From: Cyanophora paradoxa CCMP329
Taxonomy: Eukaryota; Plantae; Glaucophyta
NCBI GenBank assembly: GCA_004431415.1
Contig: QPMI01000066.1
Span: 248,001-312,000 of the forward strand
Direction of reading: 5' to 3'
Length of the DNA: 64,000 nucleotides
Position 1 is the first letter of the stretch. Each line of letters starts with the position of its first letter. Below, in pieces: positions 12,001 through 26,676 of this stretch. The notes beneath the pieces are model-generated. The model was not told the DNA's origin and ran no database searches. It saw only the letters and a program-made list of their open reading frames with translations. The translations under genes and the position numbers were made by a program.

Positions 12001-15000
12001 CGTCGGTGTCATACGCTCTCCGGCTTGCCCATCTTATCTTCTCCTGCGGTAGCTTTGTCTGGAAAGAAGAGGGTCTTCAGCTTTACACGGTGCTTTCGCT
12101 CTTCCAATTTCCGGCGATGTTACTTGAGATAGAAGCACAGCTGACCTTGAAGCTGACCAATAATGTATGGTGTGCAGCGCTTCCTCGCGCCCCGCCTGTT
12201 CGACGTTGATGAGAAGCGGCGGAATGAGCTTCTCGGCGCCGCCTCTCGGAAGTCACTTGCAGGCCATCTGAACAATTATGCTTGGAATTTCTTTAATTTG
12301 CGCAAGGATGCCTTTGTCAAGCGGATTTGTCTGGTGCGAATCAAATATTAATCTCTTCCATACTTCTCTTCTTCCAATGTTTTTTTAATTTGATGAACCT
12401 CTGCAGGCTTCTCTGGATGTTCTAACGGGAGACTCTGATTGCAACGGCATATCTAACGATCGCGACGTCGCCTCGCTGTTTTGGGCGCTTGCGTCCGCCT
12501 TGCTGAGAATGGGGGAACTGAAAAGCGCCTGGGACAACTTGCAGGTTGGTTCCTTCTTGTTATCGTTTCCTATACATACGAAATGCGATCGACGCAGAAA
12601 GCAGCGAAATGCGATGAACCGCCATGCCGGTGCTGCATTTTACGAGAGTGCCTTGCGGATATCGGAAACATGCATCGTGATAAATATGCAAAGTCGAACT
12701 CCAACAAGAGCGAGCTGGAGCAGATCTTATACGTGCGTATGCATACAACCGCAGTCAGCCAATACGTGATTGCAGATTCAAACTTGCAGATGAGCGTGTC
12801 GTTTGCAAGACGAGCTTGTCAGCGCTGTGTCCGTCTCAATGTCCTCGGGAATGCGTTCTACGAGCTCGGCTACTTCCTACTCTCAGCAGGCCTGAGCATA
12901 GTCAAAGCGGAGTCATATCTGAAGGTACGACTTACTTACTTGGGCGTCGATCGCGAACTCCGTCGCACCTAATTGGATTTCGTCAATTTTTAAAATGTCG
13001 CTCGCCCTGTTCACGTGCTCCTTTGCGTCTAAGACCGTTTTCTTTGCAGCAAGCAGAAAGCCAAACTATGGAGAGGATCGATGACGCGCGTTCTAAAGGC
13101 GCCGGCTTTTCCGAGCTCGAGGACGAGGCAGGGTACAGAGAAGAGCTCGTGTCAATAATCCAACAACTCGGCATGGTCTGCATAAAAGCACATCGCTTCG
13201 ACGAAGCAGCGTCGCATTTCCGGGTATATATATATGTGATGATGTTTCAGCCATCCGTTAAATGCCAGGGGCGCCTGAAATTTCTCGCAGCGCGCTCTCG
13301 AATTAGAAGAGGAAGTCCGCGGACTGCTCCACACACGGACGGAGGGCTCCCTCGGCACTCTATATGCGTTCGCTATCGATGCGTTGAGTTCCAAGCATGC
13401 GCAGAAAGCCGTAGTAGGCTCGCAATTGGCTCCCTTTATTTCTCAGGCGCGGCCTTTCATTTCAACTCCGCTCTCTTATTCGATGCAAGCCGAATCCCTG
13501 TTTAGAAACTCCTCGCCTTCATCACCCAAGCTGGGAGGGCGCCTGCTGGCGTGGATACCGGCGGCGTGTCATTGAATGCATACGTTCAGGTGAGACGCAG
13601 TCAGCGAAATCGCGAGCAGAATTCCTAGACGACAGTTCGTGGAAACCGGCGAGATCCACAGTCAACGTTAACGGAATTTAACATCGCACCGCACGCAGAA
13701 CCTGCAGCGGGGCGAAATCAGGCCGATCGGGACGCGGCTCCTGAGCAAGCTGGAGGAGCGGCAGCGGGCCCTGGAGGATCGGAAGCGGGAGGGGGCGGAG
13801 CGCGAGCGCTTAAGGCAGGAGGCCGAGCGCGCGGAGCGGGCCGCTCGCAACTTCGAAGACAAGGTGCTTATGATTTGATTTTTTTCAATTTTATTCACGT
13901 GTACTTCTTCCTTCTTCGAGCCCTGCCACGCTTCTTTCATTCCCTTCAAAATCCATCGACGTGACATTCAAACAGGAAAAGGCCCGCGAGCTGCTGCAGC
14001 AGTCGAACTGGGCCGGAGCCCGCAAGCTTCTGAACGGCTTGCTGAAGGTTCACTCGAACTCCGTGGCACGCGCTCGCCAGACTTCAATCTAGATCTCCCG
14101 CGCAGCGGTCGCCGGAGGACGCGGAGGCGCGCCTTCTCCGCATCCGTGAGCCCCGAGTGTTCTATGGATAATAATAATAACAATGTCCAGTGTTTGATTC
14201 CTGCTTCTATGTTGCGCGCGAGCAGAGTGCGTGGCGGGGGCGGGCCAGCTGGAGGCGGCCGCGCGGGAGGCGGAGGCCTGGGAGCGCGAGCTCGCCGCCT
14301 CGGAGGAGTCCTCCAGTGCTACTGCCGATCTACTAGTCAGGTGATATTAATGCCGAGTTACGATATGCGCCCCGTCTCTGAAAGTGACAGTACGGTTTCG
14401 GCAGAGTGCAGCAGGAGCGGCAGAACGTGGAGCGAAGGCAAGAGGTTTCAAGGCGGGAGAAGGCCGAGGCCGAGGCGCGCGCACGTGCGCAGGCGGCGGC
14501 GGAGCAGGAAGCACGCCAGCAGGCAGAGCAGCAGCAGCAGCAGCGAAGGGAGCAGGAGCGTCTCGAGGCGAGGAGGCGCCGCGAGGAGGAGGCGGCGGCG
14601 GCGGCGCTCGCGGCTGCAAGACAGGCAGAGGTGGAAGAGCAGAGGAAGGAGGGGGTGGAGCGGCGGGATGCAGAGAGGAGGCACCGGGAGCTCGAGGGCG
14701 GGGCGGGGTGTGCATTGGTGGCGGACGCGCAGCTGGACGGTGCGAAGCGGACTTGCTTCGATGCGTCCAGCCTGAGCGCTCGCTGAATTTCGACCTGCGC
14801 ATGCAGCTGCCTTGGAGGCGCTTCGCATCGGAGCCGGCCGGCCTCGGGCTCCTCCTCCGGATCCTCCTTTTGCTGCTGGCCGGCTCCCCCCGAGGCGCTT
14901 GGAGCAGCAGGAGCAGGAGGAGAAGGAGGAGCTCGAGGAGGAGCCCGAGTGCGCGTGCGCGATATGCATCGATGCCGAGCTCGACGCCGTGGGCCCCGAC

Positions 15001-16078
15001 GCCCAAGCCCGGGCGACCGTTCTCCTCCCCTGCGGCCGTGCGCAACCATCTCCCCTTCCTTCAAGCTTTAAGCTCTGATAAGCTTCTTTAGTATTTTGGC
15101 TTTTAAATTCCTCGCCCTTCTTTGTTGAGCTTTAATTTGCTTCGTTTGAATTCGCAGCTTTAAGCTTTAAGCTCTAATAAGCTCTTTTAGTCTTTCGGCT
15201 TCCTCGCCTCCTTTCTTTGTTGAGCTTTGATTTGCCTGGCAGACGGCTTCCACGTCGGGTGCATCGAGGGGTGGCGGGCGGCCTCGGCGGCGTGCCCGAC
15301 CTGCCCCACCTGCCGCGCCGCCCTGCCCCCGCTGGATCCGGCGCACGCTCCTCTCAGCGTCGCCGGCCCTGCTTCCGAGCCCTCCCCGCAGGAGCCCCCT
15401 CCGCATCCCTCGCCCTTGCCCGCCTCCTCTTCTTCTTCTTCTTCGTCGGGTCCGGTCCCTCTGGCCGTGGAGGCATCCAATGAAGCCCTCGCCCTGCCCT
15501 TACTGAGCGCCGGGGCGGCCGCGGGCCCTAGCCGCTCCTCCGCTCTGCCTGCGCCCGTTGCTTTGAGCTCCGCCCCTCCTCCCTCCGTGCCGCCCTTCCC
15601 CTTTCCCTTCGCGTATCCCCCGCCGCCCTATTATCCTCCGGCCACGCACTCTGCGGCTCCGGATCCCGGCCCATCCGCCCCTCCGCCGTACCCCCCGGCT
15701 CCCCTTCGTTTTCCGGGGTACGGGAGCCCCCTGGCGCCGATTGACCACGCCATCGTCTACCTCGGTGCCGGCCCATGGCCAACTGCAGCGGCCGGCGTCG
15801 CCTGGGCTCCGGATCCGCGGTCCTCCCCCCCTGGCCCATCCGTTGCTCCGCCGTACTTTCCGCAGTACCCCTCTGCCCCGATCGCGGCGTCTGCGGCGGC
15901 GCCCGCCCCCGGCGCTCCCCCCGCGGCCACGGCCGCCCCTCCCGTATCACCTGCAGTCGCGCCCGCCGCCCGCCCCACGCGGCCGTACCAGCCGCCCGGA
16001 GGACCGACCGTCCGCCCTACGCGCCCGTACGACCCCTTCAACCGCGGCGCCGGCCCCTCTCGCACCGCTTCGTCGTAA
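9070..16078 (+). CDS. Paralog A: 2x(CxCxxC motif + TPR-like repeats), coiled coil, RING-H2, Pro-rich tail; putative E3 ubiquitin ligase
   Basis: Modules start RCVCHQCEEARSP (~9420) and KCTCPQCEKARSP (~11725), each followed by GEQxLxSVxYALRLA and RFLAPRL. TPR-like HSLGNLCMKANRYTEA and QQLGMVCIKAHRFDEA. Spliced RING: CAICID..LPCGHGFHVGCIEGW..CPTCR. Start codon uncertain. Confidence 0.7.
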
Positions 16079-16417
16079 GTCCTCCCTTTTTCCGATCTAG
16101 ATCCCACATTCCTTTTTGTTATGTTCGCTTCTGTGGAAGTACTTTGTAAACAGTACGTATACGTATACTTTTTTCTAATGATTATAAGCAGTACTCGGGT
16201 ATTTTCTTAGAGTTACACGAATCATCAATCACATCTAGATCTGATCCGAGTCTACAGTCGTAACACTACTATTCGAATTTCTAGTGATTTGTAGGCAGTA
16301 GGCAGTACTAGTACTAGGGCATTCGCTTAAGTTGCACGAATCATCACTGAGTCAATTTGCAATCATATGCATCCTAATTATATAATGTTAATGCCTGCGC
16401 TCTTGCCACGAAGATGA

Positions 16418-19372
16418 CTATGGAGAGTGAAGGGCTGGCCCAGGGGGCTCGGGCGCGCTTGAACTGCGGTCCGCGCCGGCGATGGCGGCGGCGGGTTCCA
16501 CGGCGGCGGCAGCAGGCGCGGGCGGCGAGGGCGCGGCAATGGCGAGGCCGCCCTCCCCCCCGTGGCCGGCGCCGCGGGGCGAGATGGCGGACGCCCGGAG
16601 CACGGGGCTCACGCTCGCATCCCGGGTGCCCCTTCCCACCCCTGCTCCTCCTCCTCCTCCTCCCTCCTCCCTCTTGGCAGCCGCGGCCGCGGCCGCGGCC
16701 GATGGCGTCGCCTCCTGCACCTGCCCCGTCACCTCCCCCGCGCCCTCGCCGCTGCCGCCGCCGGCGGCCTTGTCCTCGCCCCCCCGGGCCCGCTGCTGGG
16801 GCCGGTCCGGCGAGCCGCCCGGGGAGGCGTTGGCGGGGTCCGGTAGGCTCGCAACCCAGTTCGCGACCTGCGGGGCAGGCGGGCGCCGCCTTCAGTATTT
16901 TCCGCGGGCAGGGGGCAAAGCGGGACGGAAGATGCGCGAATTTTCAAAAGTATTTGCCTAAACGGTTCCAAAGCAGCTCTAAAGACTGTGCGCAGATTTA
17001 GAAAGGAGCTAGCCTTGTAGAGAAATCCAGACTGGGACGGGAGGGCGCCGGGGGCGGACCTTGGCCTTGTCTGCGGGCGCCGACCCCGCCGCCGCCGCCG
17101 CTGCCGCCGCCGCCGCCGCGCCGGCCGCCGGCTCGTCGAACGTGTCCCCGTCCACCGACCGGCGCCTCGGGGGCCGCCCCGCCGCCGCCGCCCCCGCCCC
17201 CGCCCCCCGCAGCGGCATCGTGAGGCACCTCAGCGAGGCGCCGCCCCTGCTTGGGAGGGGGATTGGCTCGGGAGGGGGTACAGGCGAGGTGGGGGGTACG
17301 CACTGCTGCAGGTGCTCGACGTACTCCGCGAAGTTCTCGACCAGCTCCGCGAGGGAATCTGGGGTACAGGTCCGATCAGGGGGGTACGGGAACGAAAAGA
17401 CAAAGAGGGGTACCCTGTAGGGCGTCCAGGAGCGCGTCCTTGGAGCGTACCTCCGCCCGCAGCGCCTCAATCGCCTCGTCCTTCTGGCGTCCCTGAGGAG
17501 GGGGGAGGGGGAACGTCAGGGGGTACGGAGCTCTTGAGTCGGGGTAAGGGACTCTCGCCTCCTCGGCGATGGCGGCCAGCGCCTCCTTCAGCTCCGCTAC
17601 GGCGGCGTCATTCTCCTTCTGGGGTACGGGATTCAGAGAGCGGGGGAGGGCGGGAGGGGGTACGCGGGATTCGGGGGAGGGGGTACCACTTGCTCCTGGG
17701 CCTCGACGAGGCGCCAGAGGATGCTTGTCGGGCGAGAGGTGTGCGCCCGGGGGGTACCGGGTTTCTCCCGCGGCGTCTGCGCCTCCCGCTTGGCTGCCCG
17801 CGCAGCCGCCACCCGCCGCTTCGCCCTGCACGGGTTCTCAGCGCGGAGATCGGACTCCTGAACCTCGGGCGAGGGGGTACCGCTGCTGGGCCGTCTCGGG
17901 GGAATGAGCGCCGGCCGCGGGTACCGAAATGTTGACGGGGACCCGCGCGACGTCGAAGGAGGCCCCTGCGGCGTACAGGAAACAATCGGCCTCCGGGGTA
18001 CAGGGCGGGGGAGGGGGGGGGAAGCGGGCGCACGGGAGCTGAGTCTCCGGGAGGAGGAGCCGCGCGCGCTTGCGGGGGTAGCGGTGCCGCTCCGGGGGGT
18101 ATCGGGTTTGCCGATCCGCGCCCGGGCGCCCGACGCGGGCGCGGCCGCGACGGCCCCCGTGCTCCCACCGCTGTCGCGTTTCGATTTCGAGGGCCCTCCC
18201 GTGACCGACGCGACCTGAGATCGAATCTCCTCAGCGAGGGCGGCGGGCGGCCTTTGAGGGGGGTACGCCGCTCGCCTCGACCTCGACCTCGGCCTCCAGC
18301 CCGTTGCCGAGGGATACCGTGTACTTCGGGGGGTGCGGTTGCGCCGCGTCGACCGGCTTGAAGCCGGGCAGCGAGTTCAAAGAGTCTGCGTACCCCCGGC
18401 TCGACGAGAGCAGGAGGAAAGTTCGACAGGCGTACCCCGGACCGAAGGCTCGCTGACGGCGGCCGGGGGGGCAAAGGCGCGTGGGGGGGCCATGCCGGGG
18501 GATATCCCGGCGGTCGAGGGCAGGGGGGGTACGGCCACGGAGAAGGGGGCAGAGGAGAGGGCGAAAATCTGCGCACCCCCCGCGCCCGCTTAGCAGTGGC
18601 GCCGGAGCGCGCCGCACCCCCCGGGGAGGGAGGGGTACGGCACCTGCTTGCGGATCTCGGCGGTGAGGCGGAGGGGTAGATCGAGCGCGTCCCAATCGGT
18701 GATCGTGCGGAGCGAGCCGACGTCGTCGTACCTGAAGATCCGGGTTCGAATCCGGGCGGGGCCGCTTCGGAACGAACCGGCGGGCCGGCGGCGGGCCGGC
18801 GGCGGGCCGGGCGCGGCGGGGCGCACCAGTTCGCCTTCAGCATCTCAGCGATGTCGGAGATCTGCGGGGCGATAAGCCCCGCGCGGGCTCGAATCGGGGC
18901 GGCGGGGATTCTCTGAGCGGGGGCGTACCTCATCCGGGCCCCGGCCGAGTTCCCGCGCGAGCCGATTGAGGAAGAGAGGGACCGGGACGTTGTCCGCTAG
19001 CTTCCACGGGATCGAATTCGCGGCCACTGCGCATCCCCGCATGCGCGGCACATCAGCGTGGGCGGGCGGGCGCTGTTCGGAGCCCACGCGCCGCTGTGCT
19101 GCCGGGAGCGCCCGCCGTTCGGCAGGCCGCCGCTTGGGCTGGTCGGGAGCGATCGCCGGCTGACATCCTCGAACGCGCTTGATCCAGATCCCGGCGTCGA
19201 GGCTGCCGGGCGCCGCCCGGTTATGATGGGCGCGGTCAGAGCGAGGTTGCGACCGACCTGGCACGGGAACCGGCTTGAGCAGGTTGCCGGCGACCGGCTG
19301 TGCGTATGTAGTCAGAGGGACAGGGCTTCCGAATGGCCTAGAGCCCTGTGTGCTGCCGGGTTGATTGCCCAT
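16418..19372 (-). CDS. Hypothetical protein with possible N-myristoylation, SAM-like domain and coiled coil
   Basis: MGNQPGS start; spliced ISDIAEMLKANW|YDDVGSLRTITDWDALDLPLRLTAEIRKQ resembles a SAM domain; coiled exons KENDAAVAELKEAL, KDEAIEALRAEVRSKDALL. Confidence 0.6.
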
Positions 19373-19847
19373 TTGTTGCTCTGCTCAGGCTGCAGTTGCC
19401 GCGTGCTGCTGGCCCTGCTTAGCTGGCGCCGCTGGGGCGGCGCAGCGCGTGTCGCGAAGAAATGAGTGGAGGAATGATTCCGATGCAACTGGCAGAGCGG
19501 CCCGGCTGTGCGCGCGCGCGGCGCCAAGTTGAAGTCTAGATCTCGGCGCTAAGTGATGTCTGAAGGCCTCAGTGCACTCGATAGAGTCGTCTGGAGGCCG
19601 TAACGCTGCCCGCCGCGGCCGCGACCGAAGCGTTTTGGCGCGCGGCTCTGTGTGTCTGGTATCCCCCTTCGACTTCTTCCCGGGTCAGCCAGCTTGTTCG
19701 CGGCGGATTCGGCAGCTTCGGCAGCTCGTTCGGTGCAGTCTGGCTTCGGAAATACGCGCCGCATTCGTTGTTCAGTTCGCATCGGCCGGCCTTCTTGACG
19801 GGAGAAGCTCAACAGCGTGCGGCGCGAGGCTGCCCTTCAGGCCAGTC

Positions 19848-23428
<3,581 letters not shown>

Positions 23429-23798
23429 GCCTAGGCTCGCTCGGCGCCGCCCGGCCTGTACAGACTCGGCTCCCTTATTTTCATTACCTATTTAGAACCG
23501 TTGACCCGCGAACCCAGCCACCTCCTGTACTCTACCTTTGCGTTTCGCCGCCGTGGATCGGAGCTGGCTAGCGCCGGCTCCGTGCACGTACGCGTGTGCT
23601 TATTATGCCTCGACACACGCCAAATGCAGTCATTTTAAAACCTTTCATGCTCGATCAATTGTTGTATTCATTCCTAGTCCAAGTATTTGCCGCAGTGTCT
23701 TCCTTTCGAATTCCGGATCCGAGCTTTGTATGTCGCCCCCAGCTCTAAAATTCGAATCGCTAGTTATTTCGAATTCTGTCAATCATATGAATGCATGT

Positions 23799-24252
23799 GC
23801 GCTTTGATCTGTACATGTGCCCGCGCACGTGAGCTCGGGTCGTCTGCAGTTTGCCTCGGCAGGGCACTCAGGCTCCGATCCTAGGAAGAACTTAGAAAGA
23901 ACTCGCAGGGCACTCCGACACTTGTAGGTTTGCGAAGCTTGAACTTTGGAGAGAGGCTAGGGGCACTCGGTTTGAGGATTCAGATTCATGATCAAGATCG
24001 ATGCGAGCACCGTGGCACTACTGAAAAGCGCTTTGATCTGTACATGTGCCCGCGCACGTGAGCTCGGGTCGTCTGCAGTTTGCCTCGGCAGGGCACTCAG
24101 GCTCCGATCCTAGGAAGAACTTAGAAAGAACTCGCAGGGCACTCCGACACTTGTAGGTTTGCGAAGCTTGAACTTTGGAGAGAGGCTAGGGGCACTCGGT
24201 TTGAGGATTCAGATTCATGATCAAGATCGATGCGAGCACTACTGAAAAGCGC
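23799..24252. repeat. Near-perfect ~229-bp tandem duplication in a convergent intergenic region
   Basis: gctttgatctgtacatg at 23801 and 24030; the only difference I found is an 8-bp insertion at 24011-24018. Confidence 0.95.
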
Positions 24253-24413
24253 ACTGCAAAAAGCTGCCGGCCCGGACTGGCAGGCTGTACAAAATCGAGC
24301 CAAACGTATCTAGATGTAAAGCTGGAACTAAGCAATCCAAGCACCGGCGCCGGCGACGAGGACAAAGCGGAGCCCCTACAAGAGGCACGAAGAAAAAAGG
24401 CCCACGCCCGCGC

Positions 24414-25761
24414 TCAGCGGCCGGAGAGCTTGCCCGGCCCCCCCTTCTTCGGGCCCACCCCCGCGGCCTTGCCGCCCTTCTTGCGGCCCGCGGCCTTGCC
24501 GGCGCCCCCCTTCTTGCGGCCCCCGAAACCGAACATGAGGCCCATGAACATGGCGGATCCAAAGTCGCCCTCCGAGTCTGAGCCGAAGTCTCGAGTCCGG
24601 AGGTGCTTGGGCCCGTCGTAGCTGCGCGGGGGCGTCGGCCCGCTGCAGAGCGGAGAATTCCGAAGCGGGGCGGGCGCGGGTGTGCACCGGCGATCGATTA
24701 CGCGGCGCATCTTGTACTTCTTGGCGCGGCTCTTGAGCTCCTCGAAGCGCTTGCCGTCGATCAGCGCCTTGAGCCGCTCGCGGCCGGCCTCGCCGCCCGG
24801 GATCTGCGGTGCTTCAGACGGATCCGAAGGCTACATCTCACCGATCGAAAACAACACGCAAGCGCACCTGCGAGCCCTGCTCAACGCTGTGCTCGTCATC
24901 GTCGAGCAGACCGGACGCGGAGCCGTAGTCGGAGGCGTCGCGCAGGTAGCGCAGCAGCAGCTCGTCCGAGATTCGATCGCCTGCGGCATTCGTCATTTCC
25001 AGTAGAGACTTCGGGCAACATGCGCGTCGTTCGCGCACCACCGCCTGCGGCGGAGCGGAGCAGGACGCGCCAGCCCCAGGCGACGGCGTCGCCCGGGGAA
25101 GAGAACTTCATGCTATGGCGCACGTCGCCCTCTTTCCACTCGATCTCGAGCTCGTTGCAGGACCAGGCCTCAGAAGGCGGGCAGCGGAAAGGAATCGCCT
25201 GCACGCTGCACTCAGCGAACAGATCGAGGGAAGAGGACAGGGAACGGACATTAATATCGCGCTCGGCGTCGGCGAGGATGAAGAGCGCCTCGTTACCTCG
25301 CTCGTACGCGCCAGCAGGTGCGTTGGAGGCGCGGGAGACCTCCAGAACCTGGATCAAAAATTAAATCGAGCAAGGCGCAGGAGGAGCTGAATCGTCGCTA
25401 CCGCTTCCAGAATCGGCTTGAAATTGTGGAAAAACGCAATGGCCGCCTGCCCCTGCTCCTCGTAACCTGAAACGGCGTCAGATCGATGTGCGCATATGCA
25501 TGCGCGTCAGGCATTTTTTGATCGGGGGCGCGTGCCGTCATGCCAATCAGCATTAACCATGTCTGAGACTCTCTTCACTTGGCCCTTCATGTCCTTCTTG
25601 AGCTCCTTGACGTTGGAGAGCTTCGCCCAGGCCGCGTTCGACACGCCCACGATGCTCTTCGGGGCCCTCGGTTTGGGGGTGGCACGCTGCCGCTTCTTGC
25701 CGACGGGCGTCACGAGATCGTCCTCGGCTTCGCTGGCGCTGCTGGAGGCGTGCGAGGACAT
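24414..25761 (-). CDS. Hypothetical protein with Lys/Gly-rich C-terminus
   Basis: Consistent spliced frame: MSSHASSS..DMVNADWHD|GYEEQGQA..KYKMRRVIDRR|YDGPKHLRTRDF..GKLSGR*. Confidence 0.7.
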
Positions 25762-25938
25762 CGCTGGAGGCGGAATTTGAAAGTTGGGTAGATGGGTACA
25801 GCCCGATAAGGGTGGACAGCTGAGGCCCAAGGCTGGAAGATCACGCCGCATCGAATCGAATCTAAAACGACCCCAGCTCGCTGAGAATAGGCTATAGCTA
25901 GCTTGCTCGCCTGCGACGCGAGGAAAGCCCGCACGGCG

Positions 25939-26544
25939 ATGGCGAAGGACGCCGGGGCGGACCAGTTCCTGAGCCTGCTGTCGAGCCACCTGACGCAGCA
26001 GCAGCGCTCCGCGCGCGGCCTGCGCTCGAACGAGGGTGCGCGACGAGCCGCTTGCGGACCGCTCCGCGAAGCTGTGGGGCTCACGCCTGGCTGCCGCAGA
26101 GGACTACGTGGAGCACAAGATCAAGGGAGGGGTCGGGCATCGCATCCTCGAGAAATACGGCTGGAAGGAGGGGCGCGGGCTCGGGAAGGACCAGACGGGG
26201 CGCGCGGAGCCGCTCCGGCTGCAGTTCTTCTCCGACCGGCAGGGCCTCAAGTCGACGGAGGACGTGCAGGCGCACCCAGCGGTCGTCGACGCGCTCCGCG
26301 GCATCCGGCGGCACCTCATGTCGCCCTTCGTCGACGACGCCGACGAGCCGCTCGACCCGGCGCTCGTGGCCCGCCTGCAGCCCGTGCGTCCCATGCCCCC
26401 TTGCGAAGCGCCCCCGCCGCCGCCGCCGCTGGTATAGATTCCTCCCTTCCCGCGCAGGACTGGATCAGGAAACACTTCCCCGCATCGATATCGTCCGAGC
26501 CGGCCGTACAAGATAGGATCGGGAGGCCAAAACAGACAAGCTAG
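25939..26544 (+). CDS. Small G-patch domain protein, 2 introns
   Basis: GVGHRILEKYGWKEGRGLGKDQTGRAEPL matches the G-patch consensus. Confidence 0.85.
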   Translation: MAKDAGADQFLSLLSSHLTQQQRSARGLRSNEGARRAACGPLREAVGLTPGCRRGLRGAQDQGRGRASHPREIRLEGGARAREGPDGARGAAPAAVLLRPAGPQVDGGRAGAPSGRRRAPRHPAAPHVALRRRRRRAARPGARGPPAARASHAPLRSAPAAAAAGIDSSLPAQDWIRKHFPASISSEPAVQDRIGRPKQTS

Positions 26545-26676
26545 CCTCCGATCTAGACGTAGATTAGAAGATTAGATAGCTTACATTAGTACTACACAGA
26601 CTATACAAACGAGCGCGAGCTTGCTGTGGCCTAGCTATAGATCCGGGCCCGGGCTAGATCAAATTAAATCTCCTAT

